A DNA stretch of 61,338 nt, the filler included, from Sphacelaria rigidula (taxonomy: Eukaryota): assembly GCA_964200075.2 (NCBI GenBank). It is 8 parts of 8 records of this genome, joined end to end, with 100 filler letters (N's around TTAATTAATTAA, not from the genome) between each part and the next. Parts side by side here need not be neighbours in the genome. Positions count along the whole stretch, not along the records: positions 30,721 to 38,300 come from CAXNAA020014243.1; positions 38,401 to 45,980 come from CAXNAA020014244.1; 6 more parts are not named here. One strand, written 5' to 3'. The notes beneath the pieces are model-generated. The model ran no database searches. It was not told where the DNA came from and saw only the letters and a list, made by a program, of their open reading frames with translations. Each line of letters begins with the position of its first letter. Position 1 is the stretch's first letter. Made by a program: the position numbers and the translations under genes. This document shows, piece by piece, positions 34,124-46,080 of this stretch.

Positions 34124-36007
34124 TATTCCCCGCCTGCTCTAGCCCTCCACCCCCCACCCCCTACGCCCCTCATGCATATGCACAAGCATCTCCGTCTTCG
34201 AGTTACGCTGGATTCCTTTTTTGTTATCGCAGCTTCCGAGAAGCTGCCCTGCTCAGCGCACATACCTTGTCAAAGGTGAGACCCATAAGGGCAGGAACGG
34301 GTAGCGAAGACAAGAACACGGATAAAATTTTGAAGGTGTATATATATATGTATATATGTGATACATGCATGCCGAGGCCATCCGCTGGTACGCTTGCTCA
34401 AGTGAACCGCATGGCGAAGATTTTATTTCGACATGATATCAAGCAAGTCCCCCGCCCCCCCCTGCGGGTCCTTCCGCCGGAAGCATTCGCCGGTCGAATA
34501 TGCACTGCCCGGCGTGTTCGGATGGGGCTCAACGATTTGGCAACACGGCATGGTCAAGGGATGTTCTCACCATTTCTTGCTGCTGCGGCAGTGGACGTTC
34601 GCACGAACCTGTAATGTTCCTGCGGTGGATGGCTGCTCCATCACGCGACCAAGGGGAGAGCGGCATGGGGCAAGGCAGGGTTAATGGCTGGCATACGTAC
34701 TTCCCGCCATGAAGATCCAGACGTGATCACGAAACTACCGTGAGGACGAGGAAATGAAGACAATCGCCGCCACGGCGTTGCACTGCCGCACTACGTGAGC
34801 AAGTAGACGGCACGGATTCGGATATGGGTCCATCATGGTATTTTCAAAGGGCCGCCCTTCGGGCATGGTGTGCGAAAGTGGCGCGCGATGATTACCAGCA
34901 TAGCGGAATTTGCGACCCCTTTTCTGACGTACGGCTTGCCGATGAAGATGTTCGGCCTCTGCTTCCCCCCTCCCCTTCTACCCTCGCCACCTCTCTTCTA
35001 CCAAAACGCTCGACCTCCTTGCCCGCTTTCGGTGTCCTTGCTGTTTTCCGCGACTCCTGGCACCTGCTACATACCACCAACCAAGTAATCCCATCCCGTA
35101 TCTCCGGACGTACCCGAGCGACTTCTTCCTCCACGCTGTACGGATGAAGGTGCTCATATCTTCGCAGTTGGTTGATTGTGTGTGTACAACGTTGTAGCAG
35201 CAGCAGCAGCAGCAGCAGTAGTGGTAGTAGCACGTACTTTCTCCTTTGTCTTTGAGGGCACAGGCTACTGCGCTCGTTGTTCGGGAGGAAGGCAGTCGAC
35301 CGATAGTAACGGATGACGTGAGGATTGGGCCTTCAAAAAACGTTACATCGCCGCATTTTTTTCACTACAGGCCTTGTCCGGTGTGTCGGAGGATCAGGCA
35401 AACGAGGATCTCGGTCTTGACTTTTGGCAAAAAACATATTATTTGCTCTAATAAGGGTGTTCGTTGAAGACCGCAGGCTAATGATTATTGCAACACTGTT
35501 GTTACTCTATAATAGTTGTGACCACGGGTGAATCCCTCGGCCATCAGTTAAGGGGTGTGGCAAACCAATTTATCAATCGATGTGATGAGGAAGGATTTAG
35601 TTCAGTGTCTTCATCATCGAGGAACTCAGCCCTGCCCCAACGTCATGTTTCTCAATAGCGAGCCGGGTCTGTGTTTGCGCTGCATGTTGCGGTCGTGCCT
35701 TTGACATACCCCACCGATGTCTGGTCGGAGGTGAACCACCGAGTCAAGTTTTTATTGCGAGATTCCATGGGATTGACGAACTACTACGACTGAAACACGG
35801 TCGTCTCACGACATTTACCGCACGTTGATGCCCCGCTCCGTCTCCCCTCCCCCCTCTACGCACACCGGTACAGGGTCAACGGACATACGGAAGATCACCC
35901 TACCGTGCACCCGTGCAACTCTCGCAAGGCTTGCGCGGAACACGAAGATGGATGCAACTACGGAGGCGGGAGATTTCGAGAAGGGCAATGGGGGAAGATG
36001 GAAGGGA

Positions 36008-36140
36008 TGGGGTGTATCCATGATCATGCATGTCATCATGACACCATTGACCTCGCATCCCTACAAAGCCGGGGCGGAGCACGCTGGGTTTTCGCCGGAC
36101 CAGGCTCGCACTCGATCACCAAGCGCGAAGCGCCGTGGGG
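36008..36140 (+). repeat. Repeat family E (other copies on the minus strand at ~56230-56370 and ~57155-57250)
   Basis: CATGATCATGC...CGCATCCCTAC...GGGTTTTCGCCGGACCAGGCT...CACCAAGCGCGAAGCG is shared. Confidence 0.8.
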
Positions 36141-37270
36141 GGGCGAGGGGGGGGGGGGGGGCTCGAGTATGTACTTACGTCTTACGCACGCGAAACGGTC
36201 ACCTTCGCTGTTGTAGGATTGAAAATGCGATTTTTCATTGCTAGGCGACATCTTGTTGAGTACGCCCGAAAATCGTTTTTTGTTTTCTACGTGACGGAAC
36301 ACGATGACGCGTGAACCCAATTTTTGAGGAACGTCCGTGAGGAACGTCCGGGATGTAGGTGGAGGAAATGCCTCGAAATTGACGGGTGGAGAAAATTTTG
36401 TGTGGCTATAATAGTCGCTAAAAACAACGTAATTGGAGTGTTGGTTGCAGGAGCGGTGGTACATTTTCAAAAAAAAAAGAAGCACATTGTGATGTAAATA
36501 CTTTCAGGGATCTTCATGGGACAGCGTGTTGATGTAAATCGTAGCGCGGGAGGTCGAGAGGGGAACGCCCATGTGCAACACGCTTTGGTCGGTCCGTGAT
36601 GTCCCCTTCCGGGGGTGGGAGGTGAGGTGATGGGGGTTCTGTGACCTCTTCTGTACTGTGGGTGTACGAGGTGCTGGTCATTTGACGTGCTTAATCTTGA
36701 CCACAGTTGGAGGGTCGATAAGATTAGAGAAGATTAGAGGAGATTGGAGGCGAGGCGCCCAATTTCATGGAAACCGGACTCGGACAATGAACGGTTTACC
36801 ACGCGAATAAGCAAGTCATAAATCATATAAGCAATCACCTCACGAAAATAGCTGACTGTAACCCTCGCGTTATCCTTTGCTGAAATGCACAGCGTAGGGC
36901 ACGGTGAGATGCGGCGTGTGTGTGCTTACGATACCACAACGTAATTACTTTCCATTCATTTGGCGAGGCCATCTCTTACGGGACCTCGGATCTCTTTTGC
37001 TTGGTTGAAATTTTAGGTTTTGGGACATTGATCGCAGTTTTTAGCTCTCAAACAGGGGGTATCACCGCCGCATGTCATAAGACACTTTTACTTTGCTTCA
37101 CTGAGAAGAATCTAGCCCAATTTTCAGATTCGCTCGATTCCGGGGTTTCGAGGATGGCCTTTGAACAAATGAAATCTAACTCTGGACATCGGAAAATGCG
37201 AAGACAAAATACTATGGAGTTTTTGGAACTACCACCTCACTTCTATGTCTACCACCTCTTTTACTCGACC

Positions 37271-37488
37271 AGCACAAAACTCGACTCAACGATCGATGAG
37301 GGAAAGGGACTGCTGAACACCTCTTGCAATAAAAAATAAAAAGGCAAGCACCGCGGAAGGAAGGTGGGGTACTACAATAAAAACAAAAAAAAAAGTTCCC
37401 GTATTGACTTTCCTCTGTGACCCCGGCTGGTGCGCTCACATATACCGAAAGGTGTAGACCGGCGTCCATAATAGATGGGACAACACAC
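37271..37488 (+). mobile_element. SINE family A, 5'-truncated copy
   Basis: TGTGACCCCGGCTGGTGCGCTCACATATACCGAAAGGTGTAGACCGGCGTCCATAATAGATGGGACAACACAC. Confidence 0.85.
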
Positions 37489-38233
37489 TCGACCCGCATG
37501 TTGATAACCAGGGCCAGTCAACCCGGAACTGTCATCCTGGATCTGTCAACCCCAGGAATACCATCCTGGAATCCCCCGTCCGGACTATGGTCTACTCTGG
37601 GTTTTGGTGTCCAGCACCTCCACAGTCTCGTCTCCAATTTCAAGTACTGCATCCGCAAGGCTTGTCAACTTTACTACACGCCGAGTGAGAACCTAGAACC
37701 TATACACCCGCTGTCCTGGGTTAGATGGCCGTCCACGAGTCCTATTCATGATACTTGGACTCCACATTTTTCATGTCTAGTTGGATTTTTTGTTCCTCAG
37801 AGTCTTTTTCCTCTCGAATCCTTCGAGCTGAGCGAATCGGAAAAGTGACTCGACTCTTGTCAGTGAGGTAATGCAACGTGTGAGGCACATGGTGACGATA
37901 TTCTTCCCTGTTTTATGGCCAAAAACTGTGTCATATACCCCATAGCTCAACAGGCCAACGAGAAAACATCCGACAATCCCATGACAGGTGGTGGGCGAGG
38001 TGGCGAAACCCTCCCCCCCCGGAGAAAGTGGCTAGTTTGACGAGGAAAAATCTACATGCCAAAAGCCGAGCATACCGAGCAGCTGGAAAAACTCTCAAGC
38101 TTGGGATCGTTTTCGCAAATGCCTTTCATATGAGGCGCCTCATGCAGTCTAAAACCAAATTTCAGACGCTATATAAAAAACATTTTCGTGTCAGACCGAG
38201 ATTGCCCAAAAGAAAACATCCGAGACCCTATGT

Positions 38234-38270
<37 letters not shown>

Positions 38271-38300
38271 CCTGCCCCTCTCTCCCCCTCCCCACCCCCC

Positions 38301-38400
38301 NNNNNNNNNNNNNNNNNNNNNNNNNNNNNNNNNNNNNNNNNNNNTTAATTAATTAANNNNNNNNNNNNNNNNNNNNNNNNNNNNNNNNNNNNNNNNNNNN
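38301..38400. other. Artificial contig linker
   Basis: N-TTAATTAATTAA-N, 100 bp. Confidence 0.98.
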
Positions 38401-38475
38401 AAGCCGTTCCGATATCTGCGCGGTACATTCGTGCTGGGTATCTGATGCGGATGCCTTCCGTGGTCACAGGCTAGC
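38401..38475 (-). mobile_element. Retroposon 3' end, family B (tail cut by the contig start)
   Basis: AAGCCGTTCCGATATCTGCGCGGTACATT...CCTTCCGTGGTCACAGGCTAGC. Confidence 0.75.
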
Positions 38476-39200
38476 AAAAAAACAAATAAGAAAGTAGACG
38501 CAGATGAAAAATCACAACACGCGAGTCAAGCGAAACAGAGATAAATAAGAAAGAAGAAAGAGATTACGCATGGCTAACCTCAGAAGATTAGGTGCCGCAG
38601 GTGGCCATTCGAACTTCAGGAGGTGGCACCCGGTTTTCCAACTCGACGCGCGACGTCAAGTAGAAATAAACACAGGGTCCGACTGCGGGCGAGACTTAAG
38701 GCTCCAGATACCGCCAACCAAAGAACTAAGAATCGCAAGGTTCCATCTTTCGGCCTCTCGAGGGACAGCCGCACGTACAAGCATACAAGGTGTATCAAGA
38801 CAAGCACTGCATGACATAACGACACGCCTCATCGGGGCGGTTCACCCCCCACCCCCCCCTTCTCTGGGCCGTCGTAATTGCTGTGCTGTTTAGGCTTCGT
38901 TGGTCTCCCATCTAATCGCACGCAGTCGGCTGGCCTCCTTTTCATCTTCGATGCATTAGACAGTAGGGACAAAACGAAGGCTATACTCGGAGATAGATGG
39001 TGGCCACAGACGGCGAAACAGGACGGGGATAAGATATATGTAGGTTTTGTGTAATGTATGGAAGAAACTTAATGAGCTATGGAAGAAGCGTAATGAGCGC
39101 CGGAATGTTGGAGGTGTCTCTATTAGGAGTAGGAACGGTNNNNNNNNNNGCGCAAACGCCTTTGGCAAGAACAAACGGGGTCCCCCCCCCCCCCCGGTCA

Positions 39201-42200
39201 CTACCTCCCCGCAGAGGGATGTTTGATATGGCTCTCACCTCCTTTAAAATTCGGGAAACTGAACGGGACATACGCCCCTCGTTTGATAAGCACCCTCTCC
39301 TTCTCCTCCTGGGAAATATTGGGCGCTCCCACGATCCCGCGCAATGCTGTCAGCAGCTTCTGCGTGTACATCATGTTGTTCTTCGTGTTGGACTTCAATG
39401 CCGAGCTTCTGCCCTGCGTGTTCGTGGGTTTGATCGCGCCATTCCGGGATGGGATCGTATATACTTTTTGCTTTGTTGCGCCCTTTTTGGTCTTCTCGCC
39501 CAACACGTAACAGGCGATATTATCCTGCAGCTTCTTCTGAGATACTCCGGAGCACGACAGAACGATCGCTGCATGTGGACCACTTAACACTCGCCCGTCT
39601 AGCGCATGCAGAACCTCTGTGCCAGCCGCCATGAAGGCAGGAGTACCGTGTAGCCTCTGATACGCCTGTGTCACGTGGGGTTCACGCTTGAGATATAGCT
39701 CTCTTGCGGGGTTCCGCCCGGCACTTTCCCCGAAGAACAGTTGTTCCTTCACTTCTTGTTCGGCAGCAAGCTTCTCCACCGCAGTAGGGGTCGTCTTTGT
39801 GACGACTTTTTTGAAGAACGTGTTCGCCATCTCCTGCCGCTCGTCGAGCCCCACTCTCGCCCGACTCCTGTTGTCACGCAACGTCACGGAAAACAACTGC
39901 TCCACGATCTTCAAGTCGGATTCCGGCATCTGAGTGATGCTGCGATAGGGTCAGCACTTTTACGGCCTGAGAGTAGAATTGTTAGGAATCCTTCATCTCA
40001 TCCAAAACACGACTTTCGAAATAGGTGAGAGTACGCCAGGGTTTTTCTTCCAATTTGCTAGGGATATCCAGAATGAATTTGCAAACGGGGATATCCTGAC
40101 CCATATTCTTGTGTAGTTTCTAATTTTAGGAACCCCTGAATCAGGCCGGTTTTGGCCCCAAAAGTGCAAACCCTATCGCAGCATCAATCATCTGCGCCAT
40201 GTGCATGAGATGAAGGACCATCAGCCACTGGTAACAGTCCTTACCGGTCACGCAGAATATGGCTGCCATGCGGCGAAGGCCTGCCAGTTGAAGCAGGAAG
40301 CTGCCCGTGCGCAAGCCCGTCCGAAACGCCATGCACGCTGGATAATGGTGAAGAACGAAGCTCTCCCACACCCGGCAGCTCTTGTGGTTTTCTGCACGCG
40401 TCCGAACCCAAGCTCGAATAGAAAGGATGTCTTCCTTCCTCGCATGTATCTTCACCTTGCTCGCTGTGTCGTGGATTTCTTACGTTAACTGCTCACCATT
40501 TTTTATCAAGGGGATCATGATCGTCATCATGTTCGCGACGCCGACCCTCAGCCGCCGTTGCAGCTGCCCCGGTGCTAGGGGGTGCCACTGATGCGGTGTC
40601 GGCTGTGGACTCTGGTCGACTATCACCCGCCGCGGCTGGTTCTGCGCAGTCGGTAGGGGATGATTCCATGCTGACGGCGACCGATGCTTCGGCGGCAGGG
40701 CCGCCTGCCACATCGGCGCTCCCGGCGCCCGCCGGCGCTCTTCCGCTGTCGGCGGTGGAGACGAACTGCACAGGTCCAGATTCTCGGAAGTCTACCAGTT
40801 TCGTACTGGCGTGGAAGACGCAGAATACCGGTGCATCGAGGCCCACGATGTCATGCGTCGCTTCCCAGGAACAATCCTCCCCACGACACATGAACTGCTC
40901 GGTAACTATGAGATCGGAAAGCGGAGGGCACGGCGATCGCAATGGTTGGTGCTGACGACGTTTAATGGATGCGCAGGACCCGGGGCCGCTGTGGTGGGAG
41001 AAGCGGATGCCAGGTTATTATCGAATAAGGTGCCGCTCTCTGCTCATTCCTCATGGGTGATGCGGGGGTGGAGCGCGCACGTTGTTCTCCAGTGGGGGCG
41101 TTCGGCGGTACGGGACTTCCTCCTGCGGCGCCCTGCAGCGGAGCGGCTGACTCCGCGGGGTCTGACACTGGCCCTGAGGCGGCAGCCGCAGCTTCGGCAA
41201 TCGATCCCGCCGCAACCCCAGGATTGGTGTCTTTCACACTGGGTCTACGCTCGGAGTAGTACATGGTCACCGTTTTGTCCCCCATGACTCCGAAGAACAC
41301 GCAGATTGTGTGGTGCGCAACGCGGTAGTTGCTAGCCTCCGATGATTTCCTCCCGTCCAGTCCAAGCGCCTCCGCTACGTACTCTATCCCTACCCCCCAA
41401 TATCGCGTCATGGTCGCCTTCGCCATGTGATATAGGAGATGCCAGTCACCCACGTATACCCGGAGCCATTGGTTTTCGCGGGGGTCGCTCCGAATGAGGT
41501 AGTACATGAACCGCAAGATCTCCTCGTTACCGGCAACCATACACGCCGCAGGCGCGCCCCTCCCACCCACGCGGCGTATATCAGCAATGCGGGCAATCGA
41601 GGCTTTCGAGTCGGCCCAGCTCTTCGTGCTCCCCAACTGCATGAGAAGGTACTTGAACACTTGGGGCTCCCGCTGCATCGTAGGTACTGCCTGCCTCACA
41701 ATTTCAACCGTGCGGCGGAGAGAGGGCTGATGAGGTCGCTGTTGCACAGTGTTGCATATCTTCAAACCACGATTTAAACCCCGACCCCGCGGTGACAGTA
41801 TCCGCCGGGTCAAAGGATCATGCCGCAACTTCGCTGTTGAAAGCCATGCACATCGGCATAATGCGCTGGGCAATCATTCCATATCGACTGCCATTGCTAC
41901 CTCGGGCGTCACCGCCGAAGGCAGCAGATACACGAACTTTTGTCGGTCATCATCTGCAGCCTCCCCAACCCCGCTCACCTCTTTCATCTTGGCGTGGGCT
42001 GTGCCGCCCCTCACCACCGTGTCGAGAATTGCCATAGCCTGATCCCGCTTGCGCCGGTCGCCGACAGTCCGGGCCCGTGCGGCCCCCCTAGCTTCTGTCA
42101 GCCACGATTGGACCTGTCCCAGGCTCACTATTCGCCCCGCCTCAAGGTTCGCTATGACTGTCCCGCGTACTTCTACGACGAAGTACGGGTCGGCAGGGGT

Positions 42201-43814
42201 AGGGTCAGGAGTGAGGTCTACCGTTAGAGGTGTGGGACAACGCGCACGAGTGAACTTGGTCTCTTGCCTATCGCTCTTGCGTCTGTACCGCTCGAAGGAG
42301 GGCAGAAAACTAGGTTGGTAGCTCGGAGAAGCACAGCGGGGCGCGCTAGTGCCATCCGCACACTGGAGGGATATCTCCGCCTCTGCAACCCACGCTGGAC
42401 CTAGATGAAGCCAGCTTTTTCCTTCGCCGGGCCCCGGTCGATGGCACGCCACGCATAGCCGCGATGCAGGGTCGTGTGTTTGACCACAAGATGGGCACAT
42501 ATACCACTGCCCTTCTACAAGGGGGTACGTGATCCCGCACTCCTCGCGACCACAGGCCCGCTTCGGTTGTCGACGCCAGCTGCTTCCGCTAACGGGTTTC
42601 GAGTGAGCCGGCGCTGACTGCTCCATCATATAGCTGTCACGACTTTCGGGATGACCCTGTGCACCACTGCGTCGCATCGTTACCCTCGTTCGTTCACCGT
42701 GCCGTCGATGCCTACCACAACCACCTTTGGCGGGGGAGGTTTGCTTTTCCCGATCCCTCATGACATCGGCGCTAGCCCCAGTCGTTGGCGTGGACGTAAC
42801 CCACTCGTCATCACGCCCCGCCGTAGATGCGCTGCCGCCGTCTCGACACGTCCCTGGGACGAGGTTAGGCGCAGCAGCACAAGAATCCCTCTTGTATTCT
42901 TCCGCTTCGATCTTGATCTCGAAGCTGTGGATGGTGTTGGTTTTGAGGAGGACGGTGAGCCGGGTCGCTTGCTGCTGTGTCTCGAGGGCATTAAAAAGCC
43001 ATCCGGCAACCCAAGTGGAGGCTCCAGTGATGTGTTGCATGGGGATACGGGTGTCGTAGCCACCCGAGGAGAATTTGTGTTCCTTTGCTCGATCCCTGTG
43101 CTGTAATGCAGCCTCCTGCTGCTCAGTCCATGTTCCCCATGCGCTACTCACATCCGGGTGGTTAATCATGTTCCCCTTCCGTCTTGACGCCGATACGTGG
43201 GCATACCGAGGTGTGCCTCTACCGGACCTAGGCGGGGCACGTATTTTATTTGTCTTGGAAGGTGAAGTAGATCTCCCCACCTCACGGGGTATCCTGCCCG
43301 TAGTTTCTCGGCTTTCGCGAGTTGTGGTGCCCACTTCGTGGAGAGTTGCCATCGGCACAGTGGATGCCGATAGCTCCCGTGTGTTCACCTCCGACGCGCA
43401 GGTACTAGAGACTGTGTGCGTCGGGCCTTCCCTGGGCGATCGCCTCTCTACTTTTTCATTCTGCGAGCTTTGCCCATCGTTGCTTCCACCCACCGCCCCC
43501 TCGGTCTGTATGGGTGCACCATCGACGGCCGCGCCTGGCGTTCGAGATTCACAAAACAGTGTGATCGCCCTGTGATACGATTGGGGCCTGGGCTCCTCTC
43601 CTCCCGCGTCTTCGTCGCCGACGTGGCCGCCAGCAATTTCCCTCATATTTGACATCGGCACTGCAGGTTCTACGCCTGCCGGCCAGGAACTTCTCTCAAC
43701 CACATTTGCGGCATGTGCCGAGGGGGATGGCAGTCGAAAGTACGCAGGTGTTTCACTCCCTGCCCGCATGACATGCAACAGCGCGCATGTGTGCAAAAAC
43801 TTAGTTTTGTGCAA
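39201..43814 (-). pseudogene. Large Academ/DUF6589-like DNA transposase pseudogene
   Basis: Motifs occur in the order I recall for Academ-type transposases: VAGNEE...WLRVYVGDWHLLYH...RYWGVGI..VAEALG...NYRVAHH; then W.SFV...AFRTGLRTG...LRRMAAIF...YQWL..LHL; then FSVTL...VGLDERQEM. 41874..43814 and 40962..41873 share a frame separated by one TGA. Upstream Cys cluster CGREEC...CPSC...CVAC. Confidence 0.6.
39932..40189. mobile_element. 258-bp MITE, 4-bp TSD ATCT (same family as 7141-7396), inserted in the transposase
   Basis: TIRs GAGTGATGCTGCGATAGGGT / ACCCTATCGCAGCATCAATC (1 mismatch in 20). ATCT lies at 39928-39931 and 40190-40193. Confidence 0.92.
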
Positions 43815-44557
43815 TATTTGACGTTTAATGTGTCAGGGTCGGGGGTTCTTGTGCACATATTTATATTTATATATATATATATATTCCACGCATGCTCACG
43901 TCCTGCGATTGGTTCGAAAGCCACTATCATCGCCTAAAAGAAAGCAGTGAGGAGCGTGCGATCATCACCTTCGATAGCTCGCAGGGTTACTACAAGAGTG
44001 AATTAAAGATGCTCATACCTCGGGATCGGTTCTGGTGTCGTATGTGACGCTCGGTCTACCTCGGGCGGCGTCTCAGCAGGCGTTCGGACGTTACATCCCA
44101 TGAGTTAGCCCTGGGGATCTTCCACACCTGCCGCCAGTGTATGAACAGGGGGGGTGGTCGGGTGGGGAGTTGAATACCAACGCTTCTGATCGAGCGTGTC
44201 ATCCACGCTGCCGTTCTCATGTTCTCGCCTGCTGTGACGACGGAGGTATATGTTCTCTGTCGCTTTTAGCGGTCGCGGCGTCCTATCGTGATACTGAAGT
44301 ATCTCTAAAATCGAGAAGTCGAAATCTATGTCCATGTCAACGCCGGAAATCTCGACCCACGCCATGATTTACTTATTTGATTCCGGGTGTCAGATTACGA
44401 ACTTGAACTCCTTCTCTTGCTCGGGACAGACACTAAGTGCGAGTCGTACATTGGCTTGTGTACAAAGCGAGCCGTCGATTTATTGCGGCCCCGCTGTTTG
44501 CGGGAAGTGATGTAGATACGTCTTCGTCACATTGCTACATACACATTTGTACTCGTA

Positions 44558-45040
44558 TATATAGCGTTTTCTTCGAAACAGGCAATTCTACAAAATGACG
44601 ATTGTACGATGAAATGGTTCAAGCCCCGAAACAGTGCTTTCTCCACACTTTCAGCGATGGTGCCAAACTACGTTTTTGTCAGTCTAATGCCCCTTGATCG
44701 CGTAAATACTTCTTCGGGGCATTTTACCGACCCTGTGAGCGTACAACGCTGACCGAAACCGTCTCTTCCCCTGATGTTTTCAGGGGGGGTGATATCAGGG
44801 GAAACGACGATTTCGGTCAGCGCCGTAAGCTCGCAGAGTCGGGAAAATACGCTGAAGAAGTATCTACGCGATCAAGGGGTATTAGGCTAAAAAAAAAGTC
44901 ATTTGGAACCATCGCTGAAAGTGCGGAGAGAACACTGTTTTGGATTTGAACCCCATTTCCCATTTCATATTACAACCTCGTTTTGTAGAATTGCTTGTTT
45001 TTTGCTGTAAACGCCTTCAGCACAAAGCTATTGCTATATA
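44558..45040. mobile_element. ~480-bp fold-back element (imperfect palindrome, ~200-bp arms)
   Basis: GCAATTCTACAAAA...CACTTTCAGCGATGG...CCCCTTGATCGCGTA...CGCTGACCGAAA...CCCCTGAT is mirrored on the right, with outer TATATAGC/GCTATATA. An arm fragment also occurs at ~7545-7580. Confidence 0.85.
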
Positions 45041-45063
45041 CTTCGCCGGCAGCACATTACTCT

Positions 45064-45160
45064 GTACCGCACTGTACTGTACTGTACTGTACTGTACTGT
45101 ACTGTACTACACTATACGGTACTGTGCTGTACTATACTGTACTAGGATGAACTGTGCTGT
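45064..45160. repeat. (ACTGT)n microsatellite
   Basis: Direct reading of the sequence. Confidence 0.95.
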
Positions 45161-45980
45161 GCTGCGCTGCGCTCTGGTGTGCTCTGTCTTGCTGCTATGT
45201 GCTGTTGTCGCAGTGCACGGTAGTCCAGATGACCCATGTACTGGTGCGGATAAAAGGTTTAAACCTTCCCAAACTGCAGCCACGTCGTTTAACGTACGGC
45301 ATGGATGGATTTCAACACGATATTTTGTTGCATGGAAAGATTGATATCTCTAAATGATGAAAACACCCTTCTAGTATCTGCCGGTGGCGTCATGCGAGCG
45401 CCGTGCTCTGCCATGACACCGAAGGTGAGGTTCGACGGGGGGGGTGGTGTTCGCCCAGGTTGCACGGATTCTGCAAATGCGCCGAGCAGACAGCACCATT
45501 ATCGATGCAACTTGCGAGAGGAACTGCTTGTCAGTATATTAACACACCTCGATCACTTTCGAGCCCACTCCTTCTACCTGTGCGATGCTTTCAGGTCCGC
45601 AGCTGCATGCAAAAGGTGTGCGGAACCTCGGGGTGAAATTAGGATATTTGCCATCATCCACTGTTTCTCGCGAAGGCGTCCATTTCGCTATGAAAAAGCA
45701 AAACTTTCCCCAGCCAACCACTGCCGGATTAAACCCGTTTGAAAATCATGGAAAACAACGAAAAAATAGCTGATTTGAGTATACTTATTATATAACGATC
45801 CGTACGCATGAACTCGGGGTCAAAGAAATCTGTCATCGACACTGCAGCCGTGGATATAAGAAACTGGTCCCAGACCTATCAGCCCCTCGACGCAAGGATG
45901 CCCCACCATTCTACCCCCCCCCCCCCCCCCCCCCCAAAACCACCACCACCGACAACTAGACGCAAACCTCCAGAACAACG

Positions 45981-46080
45981 NNNNNNNNNNNNNNNNNNNN
46001 NNNNNNNNNNNNNNNNNNNNNNNNTTAATTAATTAANNNNNNNNNNNNNNNNNNNNNNNNNNNNNNNNNNNNNNNNNNNN
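45981..46080. other. Artificial contig linker
   Basis: N-TTAATTAATTAA-N, 100 bp. Confidence 0.98.

Noticed and set aside
39932-40189. MITE acting as a spliced-out intron (introner)
   Set aside because: An acceptor-like CTCAG exists on the minus strand, but there is no GT at the 5' boundary and the nearest GT donor gives a frameshift.
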